64,000 nucleotides of DNA from Camelus ferus. Taxonomy: Eukaryota. How positions within the stretch are numbered: the first letter of the stretch is position 1; every line of letters begins with the position of its first letter. The stretch lies in NCBI RefSeq assembly GCF_009834535.1, contig NC_045698.1, positions 12,526,001-12,590,000 on the forward strand. The letters are read 5' to 3'. The translations under genes and the position numbers were made by a program. This document shows, one piece after another, positions 60,246 to 64,000 of this stretch. The notes beneath the pieces were generated by a model. It saw only the letters and a program-made list of their open reading frames with translations, ran no database searches and was not told where the DNA came from.

Positions 60246-61535
60246 TTTTCTACCATGTGGAAATCTCATCTCAAATAAATGTTTGACAGCATCCATATGT
60301 TTTTACATTGCTATTTTCTAATATCCTGACTTTCTGTGGATTTATGGCTAGTGTCTTAGTTTAAATCTGCCTGAAAGCCTTACTTGTTCTTGATTGAACT
60401 GCCTGTTTATTTGAAAGTAATTTTTTTCTCTGGTCTGAATTATTGCAAGGGGGAAGCAACGAATACTGGGCATAAACAGGCTTGGCGCATGCTCAGCGAG
60501 CAGCTGGCTAAATAAATACAATGTTAGGCATACTTTCTGATTTAATGAACTGGATTTTTTTCCACACTAATGCCAAACTTATTTCTGCATCCATATCTGT
60601 GTTCAAGATGGCTAGACTTTCCGAAAGTCTGACTTCCGGAATAAGGGAGATGTTATTCAATTCTTGCCTTGAGGAATTACGTTTTGGTCCCCATAAGTTA
60701 AAGTCACTGTTTTCATCAGAGAAACATCATAATTTAAAACAAAAGGCTCTTCTTTCATGTTGGAAATAAGGCTGGAGCTCCATGCCCTGTTTGTCTAGTT
60801 AATCAGACCTCTGAAAGGGCAACGTTCCTAGAGAGGTATGAATATGGTTTGGGAGGGGCTTTTGTTCAGATAAGGATGTGGTTGATATGCCATATTTATT
60901 GGAGGTAGAAAGAGGAAAAAGAAATTGGACTGAGACCCTGCAGATTCAGACATGCCCTTTATTATTATTTTAAGTTTATATGTGAGCAAACAAGTGACAG
61001 TAGACATTGAATAATTTTCCCAACTTAGGCAGCTAAAGAACGTGTCTGCAGGTGTATGTTTGCACGTGCATGGAGGTGCATCTAAGCAGATAGAAAATGA
61101 ACACACTGAAGAAATAGGACGATAATCACAAAACACCAGTGATCACTTCAAAGTGTTGGTTGACAGTCAGTGCATTGGGTGAAGAATGACGTCATTGCCA
61201 CAACTCTCTGCTCTCCTGAGACGGAAGAATGTAAGAATTATTGCTGTGTTAGTATTAATTTTTGGAAGAAACAGTTCACATTTTTTTCTATCAAATCAAA
61301 GTAGGACTAAAAATGGAAATAAGATTGGACCTTCCAAAGTTGTTTTTACTATACAGTTTCTAGTCTTTGAGAAAGATACATTTGTTATCTAGGATCACTC
61401 ATAAATTGGGGGAAACATCCTTCAAGAGTAAATATTGGGCTTTAAAATCAACAGTTAAAGAACTGAAGCACTTTGGGAGCCATACTCATGTACATTCCAA
61501 ATGGTAGAAATGAGCTTTTTGTTTTAATGAAATAA

Positions 61536-61873
61536 TTTTTTTTTGTATTAAAGTATAGTCAGTTTACAATGTTGTGTTAGTTTCTGGTGTACAGCATAGT
61601 GATTCAGTCATATATATATATATATATTCCTTTTCATATTCTTTTTCATTATAAGCTATTGCGAGGCACTGAATATAGTTCCCTGTCTTATACAGTAGGA
61701 CGTTGTTGTCTATCTATTTATCTATCTTATATATAGTAGTTAGTATCTGCAAATCCCAAACTCCTAATTTATCCTTCCACCCTCACCCCTTCCCTCTTCT
61801 TAACCATAAGCTGTTCTTTATGTATTTGAGTCTGTTTTTGTTTTGTAAATAAGTTTGTGTCATAATTTTTTTT
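61536..61873 (-). mobile_element. L1 3'UTR end
   Basis: Same family as the copies at 16267 and 27845. Confidence 0.88.
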
Positions 61874-62287
61874 AACCAGTTGAAATATTTTAAGTACATT
61901 TTATGAAGACCAAACAGTTCAATACATTTGCACAGAGCTGTGATATTCTTCTTACCTGGGGAGGTCAGACTTATAGAAGCTCATGAGACATTAGCCCAGA
62001 AACAAGCCAAAGAAAACCATGAGCAGAAATCAAAGAGAATTCCTGTTATGAAGCCTACTAGGCATTGTGGTCCAGAAGTCCTCAGTCTCTCTGCAAATAA
62101 GGGAGTGGACAACAAAGATGGCTGATAACGCAGGAATGGTTGTTGGTAGGGAGAGGAGACAAAAAAAAAAGCTGTACAATGTGGGCAGAAGTATCAGAGT
62201 CTGAGTTCATCATGCATAGGACAAGTGGGGCCACAGGACTCAGGGACTCTTTTTTCTTTAAATTGTTGCTGTTCTATTTTCTCATAT

Positions 62288-62886
62288 CTTTTTTTAAAAT
62301 TGCAGTATAGTTGATTTACAGTATTTCAGGTGTACAGCAAAATGATTTATATATATGTATATGTATATGTATGTGTATTATATATATATATAATTCTTTT
62401 TCAGATTCTTTTCCTTTGTAGGCTACTAGAAGATATTGAATACAGTTCCCTGTGCTCCACAGTAGGTCCCTGTTATTTATCTATTTTATATATAGTAGTA
62501 TGTATGTATTAATCCCAAATTCTTAATTTATCCCTCCTTCCCTTCCCCTTTGGTAGCTGTGTTTCTTTTCTATGTCTGTGAGTCTATTTCTGTTTTGTAA
62601 ATAAGTTCATTTGTATCATTTTTTTAAGATTTCACATAGAGGTGATATCATATGATATTTGTCTTTGTCTGATTTACTTCACTTTGTATGACAATCTCCA
62701 GGTCCATCCATGTTGCTTCAAATGGCATTATTTCATTCTTTTTTATGGCTGAGTAGTATTCCATTGTACATATATACTACATCTTCTTTAACCATTCATC
62801 TGTCAGTGAACACTTAGGTTACTTCCACGTCTTTGCAATAGTAAATTATGCTGCTATGAATGTTGGGATGCATGTATCTTTTCAAA
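62288..62886 (-). mobile_element. L1 3' fragment (ORF2 end plus 3'UTR)
   Basis: Same family as the 35461 copy: ggtccatccatgttgct...gagtagtattccattgta. Confidence 0.9.
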
Positions 62887-62924
62887 TTTGAAGAACTCCC
62901 TTTTTTCCTATTTAAATTACAAGT

Positions 62925-63080
62925 TTAGCTCATCACACACACAGAAATTCTGTAACTATGTATGATGACTGATGTTAACTAGACACTGTGGTGATCATTT
63001 CACAATACATACAAATATCAAATGTTGTACACCTGGAACCCATATAATGTTGCTTGTCAATTATACCTCAATAAAAAGAA
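62925..63080 (+). mobile_element. Older L1 3' terminus fragment
   Basis: gtaactatg...gtggtgatcatttcacaata...tgtcaattatacctcaataaaa. Confidence 0.75.
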
Positions 63081-63556
63081 GTTTATAAAAATTATACTAA
63101 AGTGATAAAGTCAGAAGAATTAAAAGTGAATTTAAGGAATCTCTGCCAACATTTCTCAAGAACCCTTGAAAGCAAGCTTGCATTACAATGCACAATAAAC
63201 ATATCTGATATGTATAAAATGACCAAATCACAAAGGAAAGCTTAAATTATGCTCAGTGTCATTCCTGGGTTTTTTTGTTCCCCACATCAGACACTCATGC
63301 TTTTTATAAGGACTGCCTACTGCCTCCTCTTCTGTTTCTTCTTTGTGTCTCTAGATGCCAGGGCAAAGCCCCCACCAGTCTTTGACATTAAGCAGAACAT
63401 TCTAGTGTCACATCAAATTGTAAAATCATGTGCCTTACACGCCATCTACATATAGCCTACAGAATCTGTGACTTTCATCCTCACCCTCCTCCCATCCCGG
63501 CTCTTAATCTGTCCTCATCCTTCTTGGCCCCTGAACACTGCTTCATCCTCTAGTTC

Positions 63557-63601
63557 AGTTGCAAACCCAGGAGTTGTGAATCCAGGAGTTGCAAACCTAG
63601 G
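63557..63601 (+). repeat. 15-bp tandem repeat x3
   Basis: agttgcaaacccagg / agttgtgaatccagg / agttgcaaacctagg. Confidence 0.85.
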
Positions 63602-63860
63602 CCTTGCAGGAGCTACATAAGGTTGAGTGGGGACTGCAGCAAAGTGCTGTCGGGCTGGCCACTGCTTACTTCCCACAGATGGTGGCTGTAAGTGAAAACA
63701 GGCCCACAGTTGCCAGACCTTTTCCTCAAAGGAAGCCCCCAATTTGGATTTCTCTGTGAGGCTGCTGAATTTTTATGTCAGTTAATGTAACATTTTAAGA
63801 TGTGTGGGCTAAAAATAACAGTTTGTGGGCCAAATCTGGCCCATAGATTCCAGCCTATTA
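63583..63860. mobile_element. Degenerate hAT-Charlie element
   Basis: TIR-like caggagttgcaaac at the left and tgtgggccaaatctggcccat at the right. Confidence 0.45.
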
Positions 63861-64000
63861 CCTTAGCCTCATCTATCTTTGAAATTCACTCCATCTCTGA
63901 GTCTCCCCCATGCTTGACCTTGTCAAATAAGACATGTATTAAAGGCAAAGATGCGTATTAAGACACCACATCGAGCTAGATTACAGTAGTAATCTTGCAT

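Noticed and set aside
62245..62918. Possible TSD and transduction around the 62288 L1
   Set aside because: The flanking similarity (actc..tttttt..tttaaatt) is low-complexity and gapped, too weak to call.
15567..63601. Short direct repeats as a possible CRISPR-like array
   Set aside because: Only 2-3 adjacent copies each, no repeat-spacer array, no cas genes, and a mammalian context.
1..64000. A novel multi-gene biological system; remaining short ORFs in the track
   Set aside because: Only BASP1 shows coding signal. The other ORFs are short, often lack an ATG start, overlap repeats and resemble no protein family I recognise.

Overview
Mammalian genomic DNA, most likely camelid (Camelus, Vicugna or Lama), judged from eight copies of a tRNA-derived SINE that resembles the camelid Vic-1 family. 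The window holds one protein-coding gene, BASP1 (NAP-22/CAP-23), on the + strand. Its whole 223-aa CDS (39791-40462) lies in the terminal exon, which starts after a splice acceptor at 39780-39781 and ends with a ~0.9-kb 3'UTR and AATAAA at 41325-41330. Positions 1-39781 are inferred to be the distal part of the large intron 1; exon 1 and the promoter are not visible. The rest is intergenic DNA rich in L1, L2, MIR, SINE, MaLR/ERV LTRs and hAT elements. All repeat family names are by-eye recognitions from recalled consensus sequences, and their boundaries are approximate unless TSDs are given. I found no evidence of a new multi-gene system. The most notable items are small TSD-bounded retrotransposition products: an orphan poly(A) RNA 3' end at 18355-18545, a likely L1 3' transduction at 5436-5601, and a 28-bp insertion carrying GC boxes. 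Also notable are nested TE stacks, an LTR abutting the BASP1 branch point, a perfect (GTGCTG)10.5 intronic repeat, and G-quadruplex/QKI/poly(A) elements in the 3'UTR.
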